A stretch of DNA of 64,000 nt. Source: Thermodesulfobacteriota bacterium (GTDB lineage Bacteria; Desulfobacterota; Desulfobulbia; Desulfobulbales; Desulfocapsaceae). A program made the position numbers and the translations under genes. Below, piece after piece: positions 34,428 through 44,132 of the stretch (position 1 is the stretch's first letter; every line of letters starts with the position of its first letter). The notes below the pieces were generated by a model, which worked only from the letters and a program-made list of their open reading frames with translations, had not been told where the DNA came from and did no database searches. The stretch spans positions 6,016-70,015 of the forward strand of contig JAYEOK010000168.1 of the NCBI GenBank assembly GCA_034722915.1. Direction: 5' to 3'.

Positions 34428-35345
34428 TTACTGCACAGCTTTTTTATTCACTATTTTTTGTTTTTTTCCAAAAATTTTTTGATTGGCTGTTAGTGAAATG
34501 TTGCCACAGGTCAGATGAATTGCTCCAAACTGACATGCTTCACTCATACAACGCATGCACAAAATACACTCTGGACTTCCTACAACTTTATTAAACTGTA
34601 TTCCCATTGGGCAAATATTTGCGCATGCCCCGCAATCAGTACATTTTGATTCGATCAGATCAAGCTTAAGCAGTGATATCTTGTTGAAAAGACCATAAAA
34701 GGCACCAAGTGGACATGTGGTTTTACAAAATGGTCTGGAAGTGTAAACACTCCAGACCATAAAAACAATCAACCAGAAGAGTTTGTTATAAAATAGATAG
34801 CCCAGGGTCGTGCGCAGATCCGGTTGCAAGAGTAACATTGGCAAGCCAGCCTCAAGGGTACCCGCCGGACATACATACTTGCAAAACCATGGCACCCCCA
34901 TCCCCCACTCGTTTGTGAGCAGGAGTGGAAAGAGAAACACAAAAGCAATGAGCATAAAATATTTTATATACCTGAGTATTGGCAGTACTTCCCTTTTTTT
35001 TCCACATGATACCTTGTGTAGCAGGTCCTGAATAAATCCAAATGGACAAAGCCACCCACACGTGATTCTCCCTGTTGCGGTAGCAATCAGACCCAATGTA
35101 CCAACAACATAGGAACTGAAAAAATAAGTCCCTGCTTCAAGTGAAAATCTAACACTTAGTATGAGTTGTTGAATTGCACCAATTGGGCAATAGGTGGTTG
35201 AGGCCGGGCAGGAATAACAGTTGAGTCCCGGGGAGCACATTGCCTTCATTGGCCCCTGGTAAATGTTTTTGCTTAAGGGAAAGAGCAAATAACTATTGCT
35301 GAGAAATGTTGTAAGAATTTGAACAAATTTACGAATAGATTCCAT
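34428..35345 (-). CDS. Membrane 4Fe-4S binding protein (NapH/MauN-like)
   Basis: LNCYSCP, CPIG, CGWLCPFG, CKYVCPAG, CKTTCPLG, CTDCGACANICP, CILCMRC..ACQ. Confidence 0.9.
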   Translation of the reverse strand: MESIRKFVQILTTFLSNSYLLFPLSKNIYQGPMKAMCSPGLNCYSCPASTTYCPIGAIQQLILSVRFSLEAGTYFFSSYVVGTLGLIATATGRITCGWLCPFGFIQDLLHKVSCGKKREVLPILRYIKYFMLIAFVFLFPLLLTNEWGMGVPWFCKYVCPAGTLEAGLPMLLLQPDLRTTLGYLFYNKLFWLIVFMVWSVYTSRPFCKTTCPLGAFYGLFNKISLLKLDLIESKCTDCGACANICPMGIQFNKVVGSPECILCMRCMSEACQFGAIHLTCGNISLTANQKIFGKKQKIVNKKAVQ

Positions 35346-35485
35346 TAAATGTTACCGTTTATTGCCTTGACAACTGTTTTTATTGTCATGTTTACAAATG
35401 GTTTTGTTACTCATTGCCGAGATCATCTCAATAACAGAATTTGAGATGGTTTGAACAAACGAATTGACTGTCGCGTGACTTGAAC

Positions 35486-35638
35486 TTACCCGATACCAAT
35501 GCACTCCAGACAAATATTCCATGACTGTTCCAGCACCCGCTGTGGTTCATTAGCATTAATCCCAAAGATAAAAAGTGAGAGGAAAACAATGAAGGAGAGT
35601 AAGGTTATTTTGTTGAGTTTTTTCTTTTTGTTTTTCAT
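35486..35638 (-). CDS. 50-aa CD1871A-type CxxC membrane peptide (not in ORF track)
   Basis: MKNKKKKLNKITLLSFIVFLSLFIFGINANEPQRVLEQSWNICLECIGIG; TM helix plus terminal CLECIGIG. Confidence 0.8.
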   Translation of the reverse strand: MKNKKKKLNKITLLSFIVFLSLFIFGINANEPQRVLEQSWNICLECIGIG

Positions 35639-35663
35639 AGTAGTCGCATGTTTTTACTGTTAA

Positions 35664-35843
35664 GGAACGTACATTAAATAACCTGAACATCTTTCTTGCC
35701 CTTCGGAGTCTCGTGCCTCGCTTACCTGTTCCGCCAGCAATACTTTAAAAACCGTTACATACAGGGAGTATGCAAAGCTTTTTAAAGTGTCGCTGACGAA
35801 AAAATTGCGGCGAAATATGTTCAGGTTATTTAATTCCCGTTCC
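35664..35843. mobile_element. Family E MITE (27-bp TIRs, TAA duplication) with a 23-bp micro-insert
   Basis: GGAACGTACATTAAATAACCTGAACAT ... ATGTTCAGGTTATTTAATTCCCGTTCC; 180 bp = 157-bp copy at 52182 plus 23. Confidence 0.9.
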
Positions 35844-35875
35844 TAATCGAAGAGTCTGGATCAATTTTACATTAC

Positions 35876-36172
35876 CTATGAACTTCTTTCGGTAACAGCA
35901 AATTTTTTATCGCCGATATGAATCTTTTTATCTCTACGATCATCTATTAAAATACTTGTTACCACCCTCATTGCACCTTGTTCAAAAGGTGTTTCATATA
36001 TTTTTCCAAGTAATTTCAGCAGATCCTGGATGTCCCCTTCTATCACCGTCCCCATATCTTCCAAGTGAAAGACTGCCCTCTCCTCTTCAAGGCGTTTTTG
36101 AATTTCTGCAACATAATCACCGACACTCACGCCCTCACCCATCGGAACCATTGTTAATTGAAGAAGTGCCAT
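35876..36172 (-). CDS. MTH1187/YqgV-type thiamine-binding family protein
   Basis: LTMVPMGEGVSVGDYVA, MGTVIEGD, RVVTSILIDDRRDK. Confidence 0.85.
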   Translation of the reverse strand: MALLQLTMVPMGEGVSVGDYVAEIQKRLEEERAVFHLEDMGTVIEGDIQDLLKLLGKIYETPFEQGAMRVVTSILIDDRRDKKIHIGDKKFAVTERSS

Positions 36173-36174
36173 TT

Positions 36175-37047
36175 TCAATTCTCCTCGCCTGCTATGAGGT
36201 CGATCAAGCGTTCAAGATCATCGAGTGAATAATACTCAATTTCTAATTTTCCACGGCTTCCATTTTGTAGAAGTTGTGCTTTGGAGTGAAGTTTATTAGT
36301 TACCCTGTTCAAAAGAGAAAGGGAAAACGATTCTGGAATTGTCGTGTCTTGCTTTGGTGTTGTCGTTAGGGTACTTCTTGTGGCCTGTTTCATTCTAGAT
36401 GTTAGTTTTTCTGCCTGTCGAACAGAAAGAGCTTTGAGAACTATCTGATCTCTTGCATCTTTCATCGCCACATCATCATCAGAAAGACGCAGTATAGCCC
36501 TGGCATGCCCTTCTGTTAATCGTTTTTCCGATATGTCTTTTTGTATAAAATCAGGTAGTTGTAGGAGCCTTAGGCGGTTTGTTACGGTTGATCTTTTTTT
36601 TCCTACTTTTGCTGCTGCCTCTTCCTGGGTGTAAGAGAAGACTTTGATCAGTTTTTCATAGGCTTGTGCCTCTTCGATTGGGTTGAGATCCTGCCGTTGT
36701 ACATTTTCTATGAGTGCAATTTCTAACAACTCATCATCACCGCTCACCTCCCTTACAATAACGGGAACTTCCTCGAGACCTATGAGCTTAGACGCACGGA
36801 AACGTCTTTCACCTGCGATGAGTCCATAACTGCCATCCGTATTAGATACCACCACAAGAGGTTGGATAATTCCCTTCTCTTGAATCGAATCAGCCAGCTC
36901 TTTCAAACTCTCTTTATCAAAATGACTCCTTGGTTGAAATTGGTTCGGGATGATTTTATCGATCTCACAGGAGAAATATTTTTCCTCATCCTGGTCCTGG
37001 TTGAACAGCAGATCAACACCTCTTCCCAGTCCTTTCATTTTTCCCAT
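36175..37047 (-). CDS. parB: Chromosome partitioning protein ParB/Spo0J
   Basis: IIPNQFQPR, GIIQPLVV, IAGERRFRAS, IENVQRQDLNPIEEA, HTH, GHARAIL. Confidence 0.96.
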   Translation of the reverse strand: MGKMKGLGRGVDLLFNQDQDEEKYFSCEIDKIIPNQFQPRSHFDKESLKELADSIQEKGIIQPLVVVSNTDGSYGLIAGERRFRASKLIGLEEVPVIVREVSGDDELLEIALIENVQRQDLNPIEEAQAYEKLIKVFSYTQEEAAAKVGKKRSTVTNRLRLLQLPDFIQKDISEKRLTEGHARAILRLSDDDVAMKDARDQIVLKALSVRQAEKLTSRMKQATRSTLTTTPKQDTTIPESFSLSLLNRVTNKLHSKAQLLQNGSRGKLEIEYYSLDDLERLIDLIAGEEN

Positions 37048-37056
37048 ATCCGCTCC

Positions 37057-37830
37057 TTATTTCTGTCGTCTTAAAAATTCATTTGCCAATTTGATGTATG
37101 CCTGAGCACCTGTGGATTTGACATCATATTCGATAATTGTCTGTCCATGGCTCGGGCATTCACTCAGTCGTACGTTTCTTGGAATAACTGTTTTGAATAC
37201 CTGATCACCAAAATGCTTCTTGATTTCCTTTTCAACCTGAAAGGTTAGACGATTGCGTTTGTCAAACATGGTCAAGAGTAAACCCTCTATGAATAGAGCT
37301 TTATTGAGGAATTTTTTAACCGATCGAATGGTTTTGATGAGTTGCGACAGACCTTCCATTGCAAAATATTCACATTGCATGGGTATAAGGACTGAATCGG
37401 CTGCAGTTAAGCTGTTTACTGTGAGCAAACCAAGTGAAGGAGGACAGTCAATAACAATATAATCGAAGTCAGCTCGTACCGGGGAAAGCATTTTTTTCAA
37501 CACATATTCCCTTTGCTTTACTGGGAAGAGTTCCATTTCTGCCGCAGCTAGATCTATCCCTGATGGAATAACCGTTAGCTTTCTTTTTTTATCCGGGGTG
37601 ATCAAGGTGTCTGCCAAGGGGGTGTCTTGCGTGTAGCAGTGATATAATTGGTCATGGAAGTCTCCTGGGTGCACCCCAACTCCAGAAGTTGCATTGCCTT
37701 GAGGGTCGGAATCCACAAGGAGCACCTTCTTATGTCTGCGAGCCAGGGCAGCTGCCAGACTAATTGCAGAGGTTGTTTTGCCAACGCCTCCTTTCTGGTT
37801 AGCGATCGCAATTACTTTTCCTTTACTCAT
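37057..37830 (-). CDS. parA: Chromosome partitioning ATPase ParA/Soj
   Basis: NQKGGVGKTT, DSDPQGNAT, DCPPSLG, PMQCEYFAMEG, IPRNVRLSECPSHG. Confidence 0.96.
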   Translation of the reverse strand: MSKGKVIAIANQKGGVGKTTSAISLAAALARRHKKVLLVDSDPQGNATSGVGVHPGDFHDQLYHCYTQDTPLADTLITPDKKRKLTVIPSGIDLAAAEMELFPVKQREYVLKKMLSPVRADFDYIVIDCPPSLGLLTVNSLTAADSVLIPMQCEYFAMEGLSQLIKTIRSVKKFLNKALFIEGLLLTMFDKRNRLTFQVEKEIKKHFGDQVFKTVIPRNVRLSECPSHGQTIIEYDVKSTGAQAYIKLANEFLRRQK

Positions 37831-38039
37831 TATTCCACAACTCCTACTTTTTTTAACGGTTGAACATTAACATCAGTTTCTTTTGTATCCTATTTAACTC
37901 GTTCTCACAATGTTTTTGATGAAATCTTGCTTAATTTAACTAATTATTTGTTTTTTTATGCCCCCTGACAAAGCACTTCTTGCCTTTATTCTTCTATGGA
38001 GATAAGTTCAAGACGTGGATTATCTGGTTTTGTGTGCTA

Positions 38040-38055
38040 TGTTTCACGTGAAACA
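38040..38055. promoter_or_regulatory. parS centromere-like site
   Basis: Perfect 16-bp palindrome TGTTTCACGTGAAACA, 210 bp from the parA start. Confidence 0.92.
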
Positions 38056-38071
38056 TTGGGCGAGGTGTGGA

Positions 38072-39715
38072 ATGGAAAGTGATTTTTTGGTGATTGGAAG
38101 TGGCATTGCCGGGCTCTCGTATGCATTAAAATGTGCAAGGTTCGGTACAGTCGTTGTGGTTACAAAAAAGATGGACGTGGACACTTCGACTAATTTGGCG
38201 CAAGGTGGGATCGCAGCTGTACTGGAGAAAAGTGATAGTGTTGAGTTACATGTCAAGGACACACTCGTATCCGGTGCTGGGCTGTGTGATGAGGATGTTG
38301 TTCGTATGGTCGTTGAAAGTGGGCCTGGGAGGGTCCAGGAACTGGTGGATCTCGGCGTTCGTTTCATCAAAGATCAAAAGAGTTCTTCCGGGTATTCATT
38401 GGGAAGGGAAGGAGGGCATAGTTGTCGAAGGGTTGCGCATGCTTATGATCTGACAGGAAAGGAAATAGAGAGGGCATTGTTGGAAAATGTTCGAAATCAC
38501 GATAGGATTCAATTGATCGAGGAACATATGGTTGTGGACCTTTTGATGGTTGAAGGGGGTGTTCCGGGTTGGAGTGGTCAAGGGAAGTTGAGGTGTGTCG
38601 GAGCGTATGTGATGGAAGAGGGCAGGGTAGAGCCATACCAAGCGAAAATGACTGCACTTTGTAGTGGTGGTGTCGGAAAGGTTTATCTATACACAACTAA
38701 TCCAGACATTGCCACGGGCGATGGTGTTGCCATGGCATTTCGGGCGGGAGCTGAAGTGTCAAACATGGAGTTTGTTCAGTTTCATCCAACCTGTCTGTAT
38801 CATCCTGAGGAAAAAAACTTCCTTATATCAGAGGCGGTTAGAGGGGAAGGGGGAGTGCTGGTCGGAGCCGATTCCATGCCATTTATGCATAAATATGATC
38901 CTCGTAAGGACATGGCAACACGTGATACAGTGGCTAGGGCTATCGATAAAGAGTTAAAGGAAACTGGAGAAGATTGTGTCTTTCTGGATATTTCTCATCG
39001 TGATCCTGAGTATCTGAAGGAAAGATTCCCTACTATCTATAAAAGATGTTTGTCGAGAGGCATAGATATCACGAAGGATCCAATACCAGTTGTGCCAGCT
39101 GCGCATTATATGTGTGGTGGAATAAAAACCGATAACTATGGCCGATCAACTATTCCCGGCCTTCTGGCAATTGGTGAGACGGCCTGTACTGGTCTCCATG
39201 GCGGTAATCGTCTTGCGAGTAACAGTCTTCTGGAGGCTGTAGTGTTCGCTGATCGCGCGTCAAATTATTGTCGAGACATTTGGCCAGTATTGAAAGGAGA
39301 AAAACTGGCTAAGGTCGATAGTTGGAAAATTGGGGATGCAACGCCTCTCAGTGAGGAAATTATAATTAATCATAATTGGGATGCTATCAGGCGTCTCATG
39401 TGGAATTATGTTGGTATTGTGCGTTCAATGCAAAGATTGGCTTTGGCTAAAAAACGAATGGAGGCCATTTATAAGGAAATTGATCAACATTACCGAGAGT
39501 ATTTCATTACACCGAATATGGTTGAACTGAGGAATATATCACTGATTTCATTATTAATTATACAGTCGGCTATGCAACGAAAGGAATCGCGTGGCTTGCA
39601 TTATCTGATTGATTTCCCGGAGAAGGGGAAAAATATAAATCAGACAGTTTTCCGTCGGAAATGCAGTGGAAAAGCGTGGGAAATTGAACTATTGAAGGAG
39701 TATAATCATGAGTAA
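38072..39715 (+). CDS. nadB: L-aspartate oxidase
   Basis: VIGSGIAGL, AQGGIAAV, REGGHS, EFVQFHPT, SEAVRGEG, HGGNRLASNSLLEA; start placed at ATG 38072, after parS and RBS GAGG. Confidence 0.95.
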   Translation: MESDFLVIGSGIAGLSYALKCARFGTVVVVTKKMDVDTSTNLAQGGIAAVLEKSDSVELHVKDTLVSGAGLCDEDVVRMVVESGPGRVQELVDLGVRFIKDQKSSSGYSLGREGGHSCRRVAHAYDLTGKEIERALLENVRNHDRIQLIEEHMVVDLLMVEGGVPGWSGQGKLRCVGAYVMEEGRVEPYQAKMTALCSGGVGKVYLYTTNPDIATGDGVAMAFRAGAEVSNMEFVQFHPTCLYHPEEKNFLISEAVRGEGGVLVGADSMPFMHKYDPRKDMATRDTVARAIDKELKETGEDCVFLDISHRDPEYLKERFPTIYKRCLSRGIDITKDPIPVVPAAHYMCGGIKTDNYGRSTIPGLLAIGETACTGLHGGNRLASNSLLEAVVFADRASNYCRDIWPVLKGEKLAKVDSWKIGDATPLSEEIIINHNWDAIRRLMWNYVGIVRSMQRLALAKKRMEAIYKEIDQHYREYFITPNMVELRNISLISLLIIQSAMQRKESRGLHYLIDFPEKGKNINQTVFRRKCSGKAWEIELLKEYNHE

Positions 39716-40286
39716 ACAGATGGTAATTTCAGTGATGTCAAAGGATCGGCCCGGGATCATAGCAGATATTACAACTGTTATTTTCGGACTGGGAGGTGAT
39801 CTTGCTGATTTGAATCAATCAGTTTTAGGTGGATATTTTACAATGATCCTTATTGCTGAATTTGATAACACGGTCACACCTGAAGACTTGTTAGCAGGAT
39901 TTTCTCATATTGACTCTGAGACAAAAATCGAAGCAACTATAAAGGAAATGTCAAAGTCTCTCGAAACTGAAAAAGAGAAATTACCATTGGAAACCTATAT
40001 TGTAACCGCTCAAGGGGAAAACAGGAAAGGCCTTGTGAAAACAATGGGTGAGTTCTTTTATTCTCGCAATATCAACGTGTTAGACTTGGTTACCACCAAA
40101 GAGAAACAGAAGTATACCATGATATTTCAGGTAGATCTCAGCCCAATATCTTCAATGAATACGTTCAGACAGGATTTACAGAACCTGGCAGACACAGAAA
40201 ACATGGATCTTGTTCTGCAACACAATGATATTTTTATGGCGACCAATGAAATAGGGATACAGTTGCACACCATTATAGAGAATTAA
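39708..40286 (+). CDS. Double ACT-domain protein (GcvR-like)
   Basis: VISVMSKDRPGII...DLNQSVLGGYFTMIL; second ACT QGENRKGLV. Confidence 0.85.
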   Translation: MSKQMVISVMSKDRPGIIADITTVIFGLGGDLADLNQSVLGGYFTMILIAEFDNTVTPEDLLAGFSHIDSETKIEATIKEMSKSLETEKEKLPLETYIVTAQGENRKGLVKTMGEFFYSRNINVLDLVTTKEKQKYTMIFQVDLSPISSMNTFRQDLQNLADTENMDLVLQHNDIFMATNEIGIQLHTIIEN

Positions 40287-40303
40287 GGGAGAATATAAAT
40301 ACA

Positions 40304-41683
40304 ATGCTTCGTTCAGATCAAATAATGGCCACTGTAGAAATGGTGCAAAAAGAAAATCTTGATGTACGTACGGTAACCATGGGGATCAATCTTCTTGATT
40401 GCCGCCAGGGATCGGTGAAGGCTACCTGTAAAAGTGTTGAGGATAAAATTGAGGAATATGCGCATAATTTCGTGCCAAAATGTAACGAAATTGCCATGAA
40501 ATATGGGATACCGGTGGTGAACAAACGCATATCAGTTACTCCGGCAGCATTAGTTGGAGCAGGCTTTGATGTGAATGATTTTGTACTCCTTGCTAAAAGT
40601 TTAGACAATGCGGCAGCAAAAGCGGGTATCGATATCCTTGGTGGATATACAGCGCATGTTGAAAAGGGAATGACTCGATCGGATAAGGCACTCATTGCCT
40701 CGGTTCCTCGGGCACTTGCGGAAACGAAAAGGCTATGTTCATCGATTAATGTTGGCTCGACTCAGAAAGGGATAAACATGGATGCAGTTGCCATGATGGG
40801 TGATACAATAAAGAAACTTGCCATGAATACAGCTGATAGTGGTGGTTTTGGAGCTGCCAAGTTTGTTGTGTTTTGTAATCAGCCCGGCGATAATCCTTTC
40901 ATGGCCGGTGCTATCCATGGTGTTGAGGAAGCTGATGTGGTGCTGAATGTTGGAGTCTCCGGCCCGGGAGTCATTGCCAGATCACTTGAAAAGATAATTA
41001 AGAAAAAAGGAAGGAAAAACCTTAAACTTGATGATATCGCAGAAGAAATTAAACAGATTACATTTAGAGTAACCAGGTGTGGCGAGTTGATTGGTCGCCA
41101 GGTCTCCAGAGAGCTTGATGTGGAGTTTGGTGTTGTTGATTTATCCCTTGCCCCAACCCCTAAAGTTGGTGATTCAGTAGGTGAGATCCTTCAGATTTTA
41201 GGGGTCGATGATGTCGGAGCACCAGGTTCAACAGCAATTGTGGCCATGCTGAATGATGCGGTAAAAAAAGGAGGAATATTTGCTTCAAAAGCTGTGGGTG
41301 GTTTGAGTGGTGCATTCATTCCGGTGATGGAAGATGCTGTGTTGGCCGAAGCAGTGGGGAAGGGTGCGTTGAGTATTGAAAAGCTGGAAGCGATGACCTG
41401 TGTTTGTTCAGTTGGCCTTGATATGGTACCAATCCCCGGGGAGGTGGATGCCGCAACAATTGCAGCAATAATTGCTGATGAAATGGCAATTGGGATGGTG
41501 AACAATAAGACCACGGCAGCCAGGCTTATTCCAGTTCCGGGGAAAAAGGCAGGAGATGTGGTGAGTTTCGGAGGGCTTTTCGGTGAAAGTCCAATTATGG
41601 AAGTAAGAAATGTGAATAAATCGGGACGTTTTATTGCATGGGGGGGCAGAATTCCTGCACCAATTCACAGCTTTAAAAATTGA
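40304..41683 (+). CDS. PFL-like UPF0210/DUF711 family protein
   Basis: LDVRTVTMGINL, GVSGPGV, DLSLAPTP, CVCSVGLDM, PIHSFKN end. Confidence 0.9.
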   Translation: MLRSDQIMATVEMVQKENLDVRTVTMGINLLDCRQGSVKATCKSVEDKIEEYAHNFVPKCNEIAMKYGIPVVNKRISVTPAALVGAGFDVNDFVLLAKSLDNAAAKAGIDILGGYTAHVEKGMTRSDKALIASVPRALAETKRLCSSINVGSTQKGINMDAVAMMGDTIKKLAMNTADSGGFGAAKFVVFCNQPGDNPFMAGAIHGVEEADVVLNVGVSGPGVIARSLEKIIKKKGRKNLKLDDIAEEIKQITFRVTRCGELIGRQVSRELDVEFGVVDLSLAPTPKVGDSVGEILQILGVDDVGAPGSTAIVAMLNDAVKKGGIFASKAVGGLSGAFIPVMEDAVLAEAVGKGALSIEKLEAMTCVCSVGLDMVPIPGEVDAATIAAIIADEMAIGMVNNKTTAARLIPVPGKKAGDVVSFGGLFGESPIMEVRNVNKSGRFIAWGGRIPAPIHSFKN

Positions 41684-41755
41684 GTAGAATGGTCCAGCAA
41701 TGGGGCAATGGCCGAACTATTCGAACTTACGCTGAAACTTTGCATAGAACGCCTC

Positions 41756-41902
41756 CTAGGAGCTTGTCCGAGAATAGGCATTTCTTCTCAAATCGAGGCA
41801 TTTTGAAAAAATAAGCACAGGCATATAGTTGATATTCCGAGCATTATTTTTTCAAAATAACGAAGAGTTGAGGAGAAAGGGCATTCTCGGACAGCCTCCT
41901 AG
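41756..41902. mobile_element. 147-bp MITE with CTAG flanks
   Basis: CTAG-GAGCTTGTCCGAGAAT ... ATTCTCGGACAGCCTC-CTAG; same length as the inverted copy at 63242..63388. Confidence 0.88.
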
Positions 41903-41983
41903 GGAAATGTGTTCAGAGTGGAGAGGACTCATGGGCTATAACTTACTGAATATGAATAATATGTTTGCACGGAACTGATTTCA

Positions 41984-42931
41984 ATGAAGATCAAAACAGA
42001 AATATTTCAATCCACTTATATCATAACCTGTGAAGGGCCCAGTCTGAACCCATCCTCTGCCGAAGTTTTTTTGACTGCTATGAAGGCATTGATTCAGAAA
42101 AACCATCTGGATATTCTTTTCGATTTGTCAGGTATTGAGTTAGTTGAGGGAGCAAAGCTTGGAACAATTTCCCGTTCTTTCGAAGCAATAGAAGGGGATG
42201 GTCGTTTAATTATTTGTGGTGTTAATGGTAGAGATCTTAAATTGCTTAAAATGACCCATCTGGAAGAAAAATTTCTCCTGGAAATAAATCGTAACGATGC
42301 TTTGAGTACTCTTTTCCGGGAAAGAAAGAAAGCCGCCGACACAGTAAAGCCAGCTATTCCTGAGCCTCTTGTAGAAAAAGAAGACCCGGTAAAACTTCCT
42401 GAAGAAGAAAACATAGAGCCACGCCAGGAGCCCACACAAAAAGAAACCGGAGAAAAGGACAGGGGGGACATCTATGAAATAGAATATGATGACATTGAGG
42501 TAGTTACGAGCGCAGAGGCTGAAGCGGAAGAAGCGGAGGATACTGAATGTGACAGGGAAGAACCTGAGGTGGAGGACAGGTGTGAACAGCCGCTTACAGA
42601 AAAAGAACAACGAAAATTCAGCAGGCTTAAAAGCAGACAAATTATGGATGGAGAGTTCATTATTTTCTGTAAGAATACTGTTACAGGCAAACATTACACC
42701 GGAGTTGTCACAAATATAGGCCTTAGCGGTCTGCTTATGATATTATCACCTCCCAGTATTTCCGAAGGGGACGAACTGCTTTTAGAGGGTCGCATAGGAA
42801 AACTCTTCAAATTCAAGGAAAAAGCTGTTTTCCTCTCACATCGTCAGAATAAATCCGTTTTTGAATTTATTGACCTGTCAAATGAAACCACTCATTTTCT
42901 AAATCGACTCACTGCATCGTTGAATAAATAA
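41984..42931 (+). CDS. STAS (anti-sigma antagonist) - acidic linker - PilZ-like fusion protein
   Basis: N-term LFDLSGIELVEGAKLG...ICGVN STAS pattern; E/P-rich linker; C-term QRKFSR and NIGLSGL PilZ-like motifs. Confidence 0.65.
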   Translation: MKIKTEIFQSTYIITCEGPSLNPSSAEVFLTAMKALIQKNHLDILFDLSGIELVEGAKLGTISRSFEAIEGDGRLIICGVNGRDLKLLKMTHLEEKFLLEINRNDALSTLFRERKKAADTVKPAIPEPLVEKEDPVKLPEEENIEPRQEPTQKETGEKDRGDIYEIEYDDIEVVTSAEAEAEEAEDTECDREEPEVEDRCEQPLTEKEQRKFSRLKSRQIMDGEFIIFCKNTVTGKHYTGVVTNIGLSGLLMILSPPSISEGDELLLEGRIGKLFKFKEKAVFLSHRQNKSVFEFIDLSNETTHFLNRLTASLNK

Positions 42932-43039
42932 TATCCACATATCAAATGAAAATAAGCGACCTTGAAAGTCAAAATATTTCCTGTATTCTGGAAGAAGGTC
43001 TTGGTTACGGTTTCTGCAAGAGGCCATCTTTTAGGACAC

Positions 43040-43080
43040 AAAAAAACGGGTAGCTAGAATATTTCTAACTACCCGTTTTT
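43040..43080. terminator. Bidirectional terminator between the STAS-PilZ gene and the tRNA pair
   Basis: AAAAAACGGGTAG-CTAGAATATTTCTAA-CTACCCGTTTTT. Confidence 0.8.
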
Positions 43081-43086
43081 AGCGTA

Positions 43087-43164
43087 TGGCGTCCCCAGTC
43101 GGATTCGAACCGGCGTTGCTGGGATGAAAACCCAGTGTCCTGGACCTGACTAGACGATGGGGAC
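43087..43164 (-). tRNA. tRNA-Glu (TTC)
   Basis: GTCCCCA...CTGGG-TTTTCAT-CCCAG...GGTTCGAATCC...TGGGGACGCCA. Confidence 0.95.
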
Positions 43165-43181
43165 AAAATACTATATATATT

Positions 43182-43257
43182 TGGTGGGTCGTGTGCGACT
43201 CGAACGCACGACTCTCTGCTTAAAAGGCAGATACTCTACCGACTGAGTTAACGACCC
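43182..43257 (-). tRNA. tRNA-Lys (TTT)
   Basis: GGGTCGTTAACTCAGTCGGTAGAG..TCTGC-CTTTTAA-GCAGA...GTTCGAGTC...ACGACCCACCA. Confidence 0.95.
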
Positions 43258-43504
43258 GTAGCGCAAGCCTTTATACAAAAATGCTTATCTTGTGTCAAGA
43301 AAAAAATACCTCGATAGATGTATCATAATCAAAATGATTATGCCAAGTGCAGCGTCTGAAGCTAGAGAGTCACATAACCCGGTTCAACAGGAGATAATGT
43401 AAGGCACTGATATGGATCCAGTGAAGAAAATTGATGTACCATGATTATGGAATAGGGTATGGTGTTGTCGATTAGAAAAATATTGATCGACTATGGAGAG
43501 GTGA

Positions 43505-44110
43505 ATGGGATTTATAAAAGGAACGGCTAGTTTTGTCCGCTTTAGTGTTGAAGGGGAACTACCTGAAAATATATGGGATTTTATCGCTGATCGCGTGGTG
43601 GCGTTTTCTTTCAAGGATATAGACGAGACATATGACGAGGACTCCCTTGGTTGGGTCTCGGTACTTAATATGTTCGATACAGAGTTTGATTATGCCTCCT
43701 ATGCGGCAGGTAATTATGTAACTCTCTCAATGCGTCTTGATGAACGAAAAATCTCTTCAACGATTGTAAAGAAATTTGTGCAGAAAGAAGAGGAGCGTAT
43801 CAAGAAGGAAAAACAGATAGCCAAGATTTCAAGAAGTATGCGGGTTGAAATCAAGGAACGTATTGAGAATGAGTTGATGCGAAAGGCTCTTCCAATGCCG
43901 GCAGTGTTTGATCTATGCTGGAACCTTGAGAATTCAACCCTATTCTTTTTTTCAACCAATAAAAAAGCACAGGCCCTGCTGGAAGATCTGTTTAAAGACA
44001 GTTTCGGGCTCACCTTGATACAGCAAATCCCCTATCTTTGTGGTGAGCATCTTCTCGATGAGGATGATGTTGAAAAGCTGGCAAGGATTACACCGGATGT
44101 TTTTGTATAG
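43505..44110 (+). CDS. RdgC-like protein, first of a pair
   Basis: ASFVRFSVEGELP, SFKDID, SLGWVS, MRLDERKI resemble the RdgC N-terminal half. Confidence 0.6.
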   Translation: MGFIKGTASFVRFSVEGELPENIWDFIADRVVAFSFKDIDETYDEDSLGWVSVLNMFDTEFDYASYAAGNYVTLSMRLDERKISSTIVKKFVQKEEERIKKEKQIAKISRSMRVEIKERIENELMRKALPMPAVFDLCWNLENSTLFFFSTNKKAQALLEDLFKDSFGLTLIQQIPYLCGEHLLDEDDVEKLARITPDVFV

Positions 44111-44132
44111 GGCAGGGGGACAAGGATAAAAA

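Noticed and set aside
38015-38071. N-terminal extension of nadB given by the ORF track
   Set aside because: It spans the parS palindrome; ATG 38072 has an RBS and matches the FAD-binding start.
43087-43500. Prophage or island integrated at the tRNA genes
   Set aside because: No integrase and no duplicated tRNA 3' end seen; the flanks are ordinary chromosomal genes.
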